NCBI GenBank assembly: GCA_037925075.1
Contig: JAXSNR010000001.1
Span: forward strand, 804,330-868,329
DNA: 64,000 nt
Direction: 5' to 3'
Source: Aquificaceae bacterium
Lineage (GTDB): Bacteria > Aquificota > Aquificia > Aquificales > Aquificaceae
Under the pieces are notes generated by a model. It worked only from the letters and a program-made list of their open reading frames with translations. It searched no databases and was not told where the DNA came from. How positions within the stretch are numbered: position 1 is the first letter of the stretch; every line of letters starts with the position of its first letter. This document shows positions 51,158 to 60,208 of this stretch, in pieces. Both the position numbers and the translations under genes were made by a program.

Positions 51158-51499
51158 ATGAAGATAGCATTCGTCATAAAAGGTGACCCCTTTTCATGGA
51201 AGTGCCACGAAGCCTTTAGGGTTGCCATGGCTCTTGGTATAAGCTGTGAGGTAAGCCTTATACTTATAAAGGATGGTGTTTATGCGGTAAGCAAGTGGAA
51301 CCCCGAGGAGTTAGGTATTCAGGGCTTTGAGAGGCTTATGGAAAACATGGCTTACGTTAATGTGAAAATATTCGCAGAAGATATCTCTTTAGAAGAGAGA
51401 GGGCTCAAGCCAGAGGAACTAGCCTTTAGTGTAGAGTTAAAGAGCATAGAGGAGATTAAACAAATCCTTTCCAGTTTGGAGGCGGTTTTGGTATGGTAA
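51158..51499 (+). CDS. dsrF: DsrF/TusC-like protein
   Basis: EAFRVAMAL, LIKDGVY, SLEERGL. Confidence 0.75.
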   Translation: MKIAFVIKGDPFSWKCHEAFRVAMALGISCEVSLILIKDGVYAVSKWNPEELGIQGFERLMENMAYVNVKIFAEDISLEERGLKPEELAFSVELKSIEEIKQILSSLEAVLVW

Positions 51500-51732
51500 A
51501 GACCCTTTGGCTTGTGAGGAAGCTTGGAGACTTTAGCTCTGACCTTGTGGATGAGGAAGACGTGGTCATACTTATCCAAGATGGCGTGCTTAGGTTTCCC
51601 ACCAAAAAGGCTTGGTATGCCTGTAGAGAGGATGCAAAGGCCAGAGGCATAAAGATCCCAGAAAACTTGACAAAAAGCTACGAGGAGATCGCAGAGCTTA
51701 TAGTGAGGGCTGAAAGGGTGGTGATTTGGTGA
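51493..51732 (+). CDS. dsrH: DsrH/TusB-like protein
   Basis: ILIQDGV, EDAKARG, SYEEIAELI, C-terminal W. Confidence 0.8.
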   Translation: MVKTLWLVRKLGDFSSDLVDEEDVVILIQDGVLRFPTKKAWYACREDAKARGIKIPENLTKSYEEIAELIVRAERVVIW

Positions 51733-52226
51733 TGAAGTGGCAGATATCAAAAACCTTTAGGTTCGAAGCTGGGCACAGAGTGTGGAAGCAAAACCTTACC
51801 TGTGGAAGGGGTGCTGACTTTACCTTAGGCAAAGAGGTGCCCGTAAACAAGTGCGTAAACCTTCATGGACATGGCTATGTGCTTGAGGTGGTCTTAGGTT
51901 CCAATACTCTCTCGGAACAAGAAATGGTAATGGATTTCTACCATGTGAAGAACGCCCTAAAAGACCTTATAGACACCATAGACCATAGCTTTATCATAGA
52001 CGTAAATGACCCCATGTACGAGGAGCTAAAGGCTGTAGCGGAAAAGTACGGTGCCATGAAGATCTTCCCAGTGGATTTTTGTCCTACCGCGGAAGCCCTT
52101 GCCAAGTTTTTTTATGACTTTCTCGTGCAAAAGCTCTCAGAAGCGGGACTTCTCGGAGATGTGAAGGTGGTAAAGGTGGTCCTGTGGGAAACCGCCACCT
52201 CAAAGGCTGAGTATTACGGTGAATGA
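51732..52226 (+). CDS. queD: 6-carboxy-5,6,7,8-tetrahydropterin synthase
   Basis: FEAGHR, CVNLHGHGY, MDF, DH, PTAE, WET. Confidence 0.9.
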   Translation: MKWQISKTFRFEAGHRVWKQNLTCGRGADFTLGKEVPVNKCVNLHGHGYVLEVVLGSNTLSEQEMVMDFYHVKNALKDLIDTIDHSFIIDVNDPMYEELKAVAEKYGAMKIFPVDFCPTAEALAKFFYDFLVQKLSEAGLLGDVKVVKVVLWETATSKAEYYGE

Positions 52227-54232
52227 ACCTAAAGCTTGCCCTTCCGGGGGGAAGAACTCTAAAGGTAAAGGCTGAGTTTCCATACAAGGGCAGTCCCATA
52301 GGCTACAGGGCCCTTTTGGGTGGAAAGACCGCCATCGTTGTGGGCTTTTCAGAGGATGGTCAAGAAGTATCCCTCGAATTTCCCGACAAAGCTCCTATTA
52401 CTACAGAAAAACACCTAAAGGCGCTATTGGGCACAGCGAGCTTTTATGCCCTCGACCCATGGCTTCTACTTTACAGGCTTTTGCCCTCTGTATTTAACTG
52501 GAGGGAAGAAGAGTACATAGTGCCTTCTGAAAAGCCTCAAGTCTTCTTAGACAAAAAGAGTTTGGAGATTCTCGGTTGGGTAAGACAAAAAAGAAAAGTA
52601 AAGGAGGAAAGCCTAAAAAAACGTTTTGGAGATGGTCCAGTAAAGTATCTTCTGGATCTTGGCTTTCTCCTTAAGAAAAGACAGTGGAAAATTCCAAATA
52701 TTGTGGATAAAGTTTACAGATTGAGCATATCCTTAGAAGAAGCACTGCAAAGGGTCAGCTGGTTGAAAAAAAAGGAAGAAGCCCTTAGGCTAATTGACTT
52801 TTTATTTGAAAGAAGATACGCAACCTTAGAAGAGCTTAAGGAAGTGGGCTTTAAACTTGAGAGTGTAAGGAACCTGATAAAGAGGGGCATAGTTGTAGAA
52901 ACGGAGGAGGTGATCCCGCAGATAAACGCAAAGCCCACCTTGCTTAGGCAAGAAGACAATGCATTCCTTAGACCTCTGGGAGGCAAAAGCCTTCTTATGG
53001 GTAGCTGGCAGGGGGTAAGCACAAGAATTTTTAGGGAGATTCAAGCTCTTGTGGAAAGGGGAGAATCCGCTTTACTTTTTTGCGACAGCAAAGAGCTTTT
53101 GAGGGCCTTCTACCATCAACTTTATCCTTTTCTTAGAGAAAAGCTTGTGCTTTTGAGCTACACCCTAAAGGAAAAGGAATTTTTGAAAAACTGGTTCAGA
53201 TGTGGCGAAGAGGCGGGTCTTGTGGTTCTTGGAAGTAGAATTTCTTTGCTTGCTCCCATTAAAAACCTAAGGCTAATAGTCCTTCTTGGAGATAGTCCTT
53301 CAAAGCTTCCAGATGGCACGGACCTAAGGCACTTTCTCTTTGAGCTTTCCCAATATTACGGTGCGAACTTCTGCGTGGCAAGCCCCCTTCCACCCCTTAA
53401 CCTTTGCCTAAGGGACAGTTGGAGTAAGGAAGTTTTCATTCCCTCTGCGGATGTTATTGTGGTAAGCAGAAAACCAGAAGAGGTGCTTGCTTCTGAGACT
53501 TTAAAGATTTTAAGGGAATGCCTTGACGAGGAAAACCTTATCCTTGTGAATAAGGTGGGCTATGCCTATGCCTACTGTAGAGCTTGCGGTTATTTAGTGG
53601 AATGTCCAAGATGTGCAAGTCTTTTAACCATGGCTAAAGAAAGAAGCACGCTTTTTTGCAACTCTTGCGGGTACAAGACGGTAGCAAAATGTCCAGAGTG
53701 TGGAAGAGAACTTTCTGAACTGGCTTTTGGAATAGAAAAGGCCACGGAAGAGGTGAAAAAGCTACTTGGAAGCTTCTCAAATCTGCACTTTGATACACAG
53801 CCCCAACTTGACAGGACATACGAGAATGTGTTTGTACTCCACGCGGACAACATACTTTCTGTTCCGTGGTATGACTCTACGGAGCGGTACTTTTCTTACA
53901 TGTGGAAGGCACTTAGCATAAGCAGAAAAAGGCTTGTAGTTCAGACGGTTTTAGGGCATAACCCACTTTTGGACCTTTTGAAGGTAAAGGACTGGAAAGG
54001 CTTTTGCAAAGGGGAGCTTGAAAGGAGAAGGGAAGAGAACCTACCCCCCTACAGCAGGCTTATTAGGCTTGAAGTAAAAAAGGAGCCAGACCTTAGCCAT
54101 CTTCCCGTGGAGATAAGCAGGAGAAACCTTGGAAATACAAGGGAACTGCTTCTAAAGGTGAACACCAAAAGCTTTAGCTCAGTTCTGAAGTTCCTCAGAT
54201 CCCTAAGGCCTATTCGCTTGGAAGTGTTATAA
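52223..54232 (+). CDS. priA: Primosomal protein N' (PriA)-like with degenerate helicase motifs
   Basis: 8-Cys region CRAC...CPRC...CNSC...CPEC, VLGSRISLLAP, FGIEK, VQT, ELERRREENLPPY. Confidence 0.75.
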   Translation: MNLKLALPGGRTLKVKAEFPYKGSPIGYRALLGGKTAIVVGFSEDGQEVSLEFPDKAPITTEKHLKALLGTASFYALDPWLLLYRLLPSVFNWREEEYIVPSEKPQVFLDKKSLEILGWVRQKRKVKEESLKKRFGDGPVKYLLDLGFLLKKRQWKIPNIVDKVYRLSISLEEALQRVSWLKKKEEALRLIDFLFERRYATLEELKEVGFKLESVRNLIKRGIVVETEEVIPQINAKPTLLRQEDNAFLRPLGGKSLLMGSWQGVSTRIFREIQALVERGESALLFCDSKELLRAFYHQLYPFLREKLVLLSYTLKEKEFLKNWFRCGEEAGLVVLGSRISLLAPIKNLRLIVLLGDSPSKLPDGTDLRHFLFELSQYYGANFCVASPLPPLNLCLRDSWSKEVFIPSADVIVVSRKPEEVLASETLKILRECLDEENLILVNKVGYAYAYCRACGYLVECPRCASLLTMAKERSTLFCNSCGYKTVAKCPECGRELSELAFGIEKATEEVKKLLGSFSNLHFDTQPQLDRTYENVFVLHADNILSVPWYDSTERYFSYMWKALSISRKRLVVQTVLGHNPLLDLLKVKDWKGFCKGELERRREENLPPYSRLIRLEVKKEPDLSHLPVEISRRNLGNTRELLLKVNTKSFSSVLKFLRSLRPIRLEVL

Positions 54233-54244
54233 TTCTAAATTTGA

Positions 54245-54316
54245 GGGGACGTAGCTCAGTGGGAGAGCGCCTGCATCGCAAGCAGGAGGTCGGGGGTTCA
54301 AATCCCCTCGTCTCCA
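54245..54316 (+). tRNA. tRNA-Ala (anticodon CGC), CCA not encoded
   Basis: Acceptor GGGGACG/CGTCTCC with G3:U70, anticodon arm CCTGC-ATCGCAA-GCAGG, GGTTCAAATCC. Confidence 0.96.
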
Positions 54317-54398
54317 TTTTGATACTCAAAGCAAATCCTTGATAGACCTTTGGTATAAGGAATTGCTTATATTCACTTCTACCTCTTTTCATGGCACT

Positions 54399-54893
54399 TT
54401 ATTGTGGAAAATTCACTTTCATTTTCGGCAATATCTCGGCAATCTCTGAGCCTTGAAAATGTAGCTTTCTAAGACATGCCTGATATTCATCGTTTATGGT
54501 GATATCATCCTTTGACTTAAAGACAAAGTCCTGACACTCTACCTTTTTGAATACAGGATAAACTACATACACATTCTCTCTGTCAACATAGTAGACCCTT
54601 TCCACATTTTCAAAGCTACAGTCCCATTTGCATGTGTTCTCCACAACCTTTAGGTCCTCAGTCAAGCCTCTTATATGAATGCCCGCTTTAGTATCTCCTA
54701 CAAAGATCCAGCCTCTCTCCACAGGTATAGAGTTCTCTATCCTACATCTACCTCTGCCTGTTATGTCAATGTCGCTTGAGTATTCCAGTTTAGCTATGGC
54801 TTTAATAGGTATAGGAAAGTTGTTAATAAGAAAGGCAAAAAGCACAAGTCCTGAGCCTATCTCTAAAAAGTCCCTTTTAGTTAACTTCCTCAT
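54399..54893 (-). CDS. Hypothetical exported protein with Tat-like leader
   Basis: MRKLTKRDFLEIG followed by a hydrophobic stretch; beta-rich, 5 Cys; AAGGAGG RBS. Confidence 0.6.
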   Translation of the reverse strand: MRKLTKRDFLEIGSGLVLFAFLINNFPIPIKAIAKLEYSSDIDITGRGRCRIENSIPVERGWIFVGDTKAGIHIRGLTEDLKVVENTCKWDCSFENVERVYYVDRENVYVVYPVFKKVECQDFVFKSKDDITINDEYQACLRKLHFQGSEIAEILPKMKVNFPQ

Positions 54894-54922
54894 GTTTTGC
54901 ACCTCCTTATCTATAAAACACG

Positions 54923-56725
54923 TTAAAAATCCACTCTTTGGTTAGAGGCTTTTACCTCTTTAGTCTTGCCTCTGACCTCTATCTTCAAAATGCCCTTTGC
55001 ATTCTCCACAAAGACCCTTCCTGTGTCATCGGTTATGTATTCCTCACCATTGATAAGAATTCTCTCAAGACTTACAGGCTTGCCATCCATGTAAATCTCT
55101 AATAGCACATCCTTACCAGTCCTTATTCTTCTACCTTGCCCTGAGTAGAGTGAAAGCTTCTCTGAATGGGTATCTGAGATAACTAAGTGATTGTAGTAGG
55201 AGCTAAGAGGAATTAGGCTAAAGGCTTTTACACCACCGCTTTGTAAACCTTTACCTACCACAAAGCTATCCCAAACAGGCAAGCCAAGACCACACTCAAG
55301 ACCATCTTCATAGACACATCCTATGCTACCTGAAAGGCTATAGCTTGTTCTGTCTTTGTTTAGACTTAGCCTTATGAGGTTTATGCTTTTTAACTCAAGC
55401 TCTGCAGAGGTATACTCTGTGTGGTTCTTTTGATAGTTCACTCTAAAGCCATAGTCTATCTCTTTGCTACTAAGCAGGCTTTTATAGAGGCTTACTCCGT
55501 AGCCATCCTTTTGCTTAGATATGCCCGCACCAAAGCCACCACCAAAATACATAGTCCAGCCCACAAAGAAGTTGTCCTTTGATACACTTACACTAAGAGT
55601 TCCTTTGAGTAAGCTTCCTGAAAGGGTTAGCCCTACAAAAGACCTCTGGTTCTTGTATCCATAAAGCCCCACTGTGAAATTGCCTATAGGAAAGCTTAGG
55701 TTATATCTCAAATCTCTTTCTCTATAGCCTACAGTAAGCCCAGCTTTAGCTATCTCTGTATAGTAGCTAAGGTCATAGTCCTTTTTGCTATCCACAAAAA
55801 CAGAAAACACTCCCAGCTTAGTCAAAGTGGTAAAGCCCAATCCTTGCTTGTTATTACTCCCAGCAACCTCTAAGGTAAGATGCTTGTTTAGACCATACCT
55901 GTAGTAGCCTCTAAATTGTCCCCTCTCAAAAAAGCCTAAAGAGAAATCCGAATAGCCCTCAGGCAAAACCTGAGGAGAATACAGAAAGAATAGCTTTTCC
56001 TCTCTAACTCCTTTGCTATCTGTTATCCTCAAAGTAAGCTCATTAGATAGTCCACTAAGAGGTAAGTTCCTAAGGTCATATATGCCCGCAGGCAATTCAA
56101 TCTTTTGCAGAAGCTTACCATCTCTGTAAACCTCTATCACAGACCTATCTGTAAGGATAAGCTGTGTGCTTGCATAAACAGGGCTTTGGTTTATCCAATG
56201 TCTTTGAAGGACAAAGCCTCTTGAGTATAAGCCTTGCAGAGTTTTCCATCCGCCAGACCATCCATAACCTAAAGTAAACCTCAAATCCCTCTCAGGGTTA
56301 TCAAAAACAAGCCTGTAATCTCGCCATTGCCCTTGCTTCTTGTCATAAAAACCGCTCAGAGAAAACCGCTTTAAGAAAAGGATAGGCTGTAAGACCACAT
56401 TGTCCTTTGTAAGGTAGTAGTTCAAAGCAAGGCTATAACTTTCCTCAAGGATAGGCTTTTCTTTGCTTTCTATAGCCTTACTTTCTAAGCAAGACTTGTG
56501 AGGATAGACCTTTATAAAGCCCTTTTCCTCATCAACCTCCACCTTTCCAAAATCCTTTAGGTTATCACTCTTGCATTTCCCAAAAGTTATCTGTTTTTCA
56601 AGCCTGTAAGCTTCCACAAGAACCACATCTCCATAATCCACTCCACCAATATCCAGTGTGAATATCATCAAAAGGTCAATTACGTTAAAAGGGCTTTGCA
56701 AAAGGTAACGTAATTTAGTAGGCAT
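54923..56725 (-). CDS. Fimbrial outer-membrane usher-like protein (compact, about 600 aa; start uncertain)
   Basis: Plug-domain motif SVIEVYRDGKLLQKIELPAGIYDLRNLPLSGLSNELTLRITDSKG...LPEGYSDFSLG, YRYGLNKHLTL, beta-barrel strands, C-terminal DGKPV...TDDTGRVFV. Confidence 0.75.
   Translation of the reverse strand: MPTKLRYLLQSPFNVIDLLMIFTLDIGGVDYGDVVLVEAYRLEKQITFGKCKSDNLKDFGKVEVDEEKGFIKVYPHKSCLESKAIESKEKPILEESYSLALNYYLTKDNVVLQPILFLKRFSLSGFYDKKQGQWRDYRLVFDNPERDLRFTLGYGWSGGWKTLQGLYSRGFVLQRHWINQSPVYASTQLILTDRSVIEVYRDGKLLQKIELPAGIYDLRNLPLSGLSNELTLRITDSKGVREEKLFFLYSPQVLPEGYSDFSLGFFERGQFRGYYRYGLNKHLTLEVAGSNNKQGLGFTTLTKLGVFSVFVDSKKDYDLSYYTEIAKAGLTVGYRERDLRYNLSFPIGNFTVGLYGYKNQRSFVGLTLSGSLLKGTLSVSVSKDNFFVGWTMYFGGGFGAGISKQKDGYGVSLYKSLLSSKEIDYGFRVNYQKNHTEYTSAELELKSINLIRLSLNKDRTSYSLSGSIGCVYEDGLECGLGLPVWDSFVVGKGLQSGGVKAFSLIPLSSYYNHLVISDTHSEKLSLYSGQGRRIRTGKDVLLEIYMDGKPVSLERILINGEEYITDDTGRVFVENAKGILKIEVRGKTKEVKASNQRVDF
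56678..56715. repeat. Perfect 10-bp inverted repeat between the divergent usher and chaperone genes
   Basis: AATTACGTTA (56678-56687), 18-nt spacer, TAACGTAATT (56706-56715). Confidence 0.8.
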
Positions 56726-57269
56726 GAGGCTAATAGGATTGCTCGGGCTGGTAGGACTTAGCTTTGGCTTGACTATCTATCCAATACCTGTAGAAGTTAA
56801 AGGTAGAGTAGGCTATCTGTATATAGAAGGTCAAGAAGGGCAAACCTTCAAAATAACCTCTGAGCCTTTTGAAGAAGGGGAGCAAGACAATCTGATAGTC
56901 TATCCTCCACAGGTTAGGATAAGAAATGGCAAAGCTGTTATCAAGGTAGCCTTTAAAAACACAGACACCTCAAAAGAGCAAGCTGGTAGAGTAGTCATTA
57001 CAGAGTTAAAACCCCAATCAGAAGGCTTAAGTATAGCCTATAGCTTTTCAGTGCCTGTTTTTCAACCACCTCGCAAGGAAGTTTTTGAAGTGGAAGTAGA
57101 ATGCATGAAAGACCGCATGATAGTTAAAAACAAAGGCAATATCCATATAAAGATAACAAGCCTTGATGACAAGCCTGTTCTACACTATGTGCTACCTAAT
57201 AAGCAGATAGAGGTTCAGAGGGCTAAGGTTATAGAAACTCAGAGAGGGAAAGTAAATGCATGCTTTTAG
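56724..57269 (+). CDS. PapD-like fimbrial chaperone
   Basis: Signal peptide, LTIYP, LIVYPPQVRI, EQAGRVVITEL, FSVPVFQPP, VKNKGNIH. Confidence 0.78.
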   Translation: MRLIGLLGLVGLSFGLTIYPIPVEVKGRVGYLYIEGQEGQTFKITSEPFEEGEQDNLIVYPPQVRIRNGKAVIKVAFKNTDTSKEQAGRVVITELKPQSEGLSIAYSFSVPVFQPPRKEVFEVEVECMKDRMIVKNKGNIHIKITSLDDKPVLHYVLPNKQIEVQRAKVIETQRGKVNACF

Positions 57270-57272
57270 GGC

Positions 57273-58754
57273 TCACTTGCTGAATAAACTTTCCTCTACC
57301 TCTCTTGCTCTTTGCCTTGCCCTCAGCCATCTTTCTTCTACTCTCTTTTGTATCTCCTCTTTATCCGCTGTGTTAACTCTTTGTTTTTCCCACTTCTCTT
57401 GAAGTTCAAGTAATACTCTTGCAAAGTCCTTTAACCACAAGGACATCTCCCTTTCCCTTTTTTCATCCCACCATTTGAAATCACTATCTGACACCATAGA
57501 AAAGAGAAAGTCTGTAAATACTGTATCCGTTAAAGTATTGTGGTTTTGCATCATATAGACGAATACCATTGTATCTAAGACATTTACAGGCGGATGATAT
57601 GTTGTTAACCTCGCATTTAGCCATTGAGTTAACACAGGGTTTGGTTCTGGTAGTAGTCTTGCGGATAATGGGTTTGAATGCCAGAAGAAGATTTCAGGTT
57701 CGTAGTCTCCATGAATATAAAATGTAGAGCCATACAAGAGGGAAAGCCCCGAGAGCAACTCCAAGTTTATAAGGGAGTTAAGCAAAGGGTCGTCAGTATA
57801 TTTTATGGATTTATCCCTGTATCCTGTCAGGAAAATATACAAAAGCCTCTGAAGATTAGAGGTTTCATGATTTTTTCTAAATTGGTATATCATGCCCGAG
57901 TATTTGTTTAGGGTCAACTCTAAGTTTATGGAAACCTTTGCTATTTTCCCCCCTTTTTCAAAAGTCAGCTGAGGTGTGTAAGAGGAAATACTACCAAAAA
58001 GACTTTCATAAGTAGCGACAAGTCTTTGGGAAATGGCTTTGTAGAAATCTAACTCTGTCTTAAAAGCCTGCTGTGTATACTTATTCAGGATATTGTTGAG
58101 ATATTCGTAGATGCTTATCGGAATTTTAGTAGGGTCTATTCTCAGAGGGGGAGCGGGTTGCCAAAACAAAGATGTTGGGGGGACTGCGGGTTTTCTTGGA
58201 TATAGATACTTAACAAATGGGTCGCATAAACCAGGGGCAATCTCTGAAAGAATAAGAGAAGGAGGATGCGGATACTCTGTTATAGCCCTATGCCATAAAT
58301 GTAATGCTACAGGGTCTCGGGCAATAACTGACAATAAGACCGTTTCTACTGCCTCAGGACCCGCTTGTGGCGGTGCAAGAGAAAAAGCGGTGAGAATATG
58401 AGGGCTTTCTTCTATATAACTTACCAAGTCATAAGCCTTTGTTTTCCCTAAAGCATTTCTATTTAAAGGAACAGGAGAGAACACTATCTTAGGACAAACA
58501 AGAGGGTCTACTTTCCCTTGTGCTAAGCGTAGTGTGGTAAGAAATGCGGGTCTACTTGCTAAGTCTAATTTTATAGGTTTTTCTGTGTTTTTTAGTGTAG
58601 TAATCGCTTTCTCTGGCGGTGAGCTTGTGTATGTTTGTGGTGTTGATGTATTCGCCGGAACATCCATGACTGTAGGAGGTATAAATGAAGTATCAGCTAA
58701 TACCGTTGAAGCCCATATAAGTAGAGGTATGGAAAAGAGAATTTCTCTTTTCAT
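57273..58754 (-). CDS. Hypothetical secreted protein (Pro-rich N-terminus, C-terminal coiled coil)
   Basis: Signal peptide ending VLA-D; 493 aa; ATGA coupling with the upstream gene. Confidence 0.7.
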   Translation of the reverse strand: MKREILFSIPLLIWASTVLADTSFIPPTVMDVPANTSTPQTYTSSPPEKAITTLKNTEKPIKLDLASRPAFLTTLRLAQGKVDPLVCPKIVFSPVPLNRNALGKTKAYDLVSYIEESPHILTAFSLAPPQAGPEAVETVLLSVIARDPVALHLWHRAITEYPHPPSLILSEIAPGLCDPFVKYLYPRKPAVPPTSLFWQPAPPLRIDPTKIPISIYEYLNNILNKYTQQAFKTELDFYKAISQRLVATYESLFGSISSYTPQLTFEKGGKIAKVSINLELTLNKYSGMIYQFRKNHETSNLQRLLYIFLTGYRDKSIKYTDDPLLNSLINLELLSGLSLLYGSTFYIHGDYEPEIFFWHSNPLSARLLPEPNPVLTQWLNARLTTYHPPVNVLDTMVFVYMMQNHNTLTDTVFTDFLFSMVSDSDFKWWDEKREREMSLWLKDFARVLLELQEKWEKQRVNTADKEEIQKRVEERWLRARQRAREVEESLFSK

Positions 58755-60208
58755 TTCTTTTCCTCCGCAAGGCTGTCAAGTTTTCCGGCAAGCACCTCTA
58801 AGTTCTTGTCCGCACTCTCTTCAACTGTATGCGAATACAGACCACCAGTTTCTTGTCCTAAAGGAGCCTTTCTTCTTGGGGACACTCCTTCTACATAAAC
58901 CTCTAATGGAGAACCACCCCAAAGAGTGCATACATGCTCGTTAAACTCTATACATACAGGATTGGGATACCAATAAGTTTTAGCCATCTGAAGTCCTTGA
59001 TAAGCAAATGTTTTCTGCAATTCATTTAGTCCAGATATTGTTGAACCTATAGACTGAGACCTTACCGCATTAGCATGTGCGAAGGGAAGATAAGGGACTG
59101 CACCACAAATGGAAGCAAATTGAGGATTTATACCTATAGCTTCCATTGTAGCCAATATTCCCTTTTTATACCTTTGGTAAAACTTCTCTATGTGCTCCTT
59201 GCTATAACAAGCTACCACATATCTGTCATCAATCCTTGCAATTAAACCCATATCCTCTCCAGTTCCCATTTCCTTAGTAGCATCCATGCTTGCTACCCAA
59301 AGAGTCATTTCTTTTGATAGAGGTGTATCTACCTTTAAAGTAGTCATCTTCCAGCCTTTCCAATCCATAAGGCACTCTATAAAACCTGTTTGGATGGGAG
59401 ACATAAGCCTTGTGAAGAACTTTTTAATCATACTTTCTGTATCATCCCCAACCTTTGAGTCAACTTTCTTGAAGTAATAGCAAAAGTTCCTTTCTGGCTT
59501 AAAAGAGATTAGTATAGTAGGCACTCTACCTAAAAAAAGACCCGCTCCAAATTCATCCCACAGATACCATCCATCTCCTTTGGCTATTGTCATTTGCGTT
59601 CTGGCATTTCCTATAAATTCAAGTCGGTCAATAGATCTTACAGCATTAGCACTATACTGATTGGTTAAGCAACCATTAAACTTTTCATATTCACGCCTCT
59701 GTGTTTGTGTGTTCCTTCTATACTCAACTTCCTTCCAGAATAACCTTTCTGCCAAAGATAGCTTCTCATCGCCTGTGAACTCTCTTGCAGATTTTACTAC
59801 CTTCTCTCTCACAAAGTCAGAATTAGCAAAGTCCCTTAAGCTACTGTTAACTTTGACAATAAATGTGGCATAGGTTATTTCATTGTAATTACCTGAAGCA
59901 TCACCTTTTGCTGTCAATAGCCTTTTTGATACATTAGCTTGGCTTTTCTCTAAAGCTGTGCCAAGAAAAACAGGGTGAAAAACAATGTAATTCTCAGGCT
60001 TGCCCCATTTATCTACAGGAAAGTCCTTGCATCCTGATAAGGCTTTTGCCTTTTCTTTTTCCTCTTTTTCCTTATCTTGTTTCTTCTCTTGTTCACTCTT
60101 TTCCTTTGCCTTATCTAACCACTCTTTGCTAAGCCAATTAGTGTTGTCCTGAGAAAAACCTATCTGAGTTAAACAAAGACCTATTGCTATAAGCTTCCAT
60201 CTTTTCAT
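58751..60208 (-). CDS. Hypothetical secreted protein
   Basis: Signal peptide ending GFS-Q, K/E-rich linker, several Cys; 485 aa. Confidence 0.7.
   Translation of the reverse strand: MKRWKLIAIGLCLTQIGFSQDNTNWLSKEWLDKAKEKSEQEKKQDKEKEEKEKAKALSGCKDFPVDKWGKPENYIVFHPVFLGTALEKSQANVSKRLLTAKGDASGNYNEITYATFIVKVNSSLRDFANSDFVREKVVKSAREFTGDEKLSLAERLFWKEVEYRRNTQTQRREYEKFNGCLTNQYSANAVRSIDRLEFIGNARTQMTIAKGDGWYLWDEFGAGLFLGRVPTILISFKPERNFCYYFKKVDSKVGDDTESMIKKFFTRLMSPIQTGFIECLMDWKGWKMTTLKVDTPLSKEMTLWVASMDATKEMGTGEDMGLIARIDDRYVVACYSKEHIEKFYQRYKKGILATMEAIGINPQFASICGAVPYLPFAHANAVRSQSIGSTISGLNELQKTFAYQGLQMAKTYWYPNPVCIEFNEHVCTLWGGSPLEVYVEGVSPRRKAPLGQETGGLYSHTVEESADKNLEVLAGKLDSLAEEKK

Noticed and set aside
54210..54392. 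60-aa minus-strand ORF containing METRGFEPPTSCLRCRRS
   Set aside because: It is the antisense reading of tRNA-Ala.
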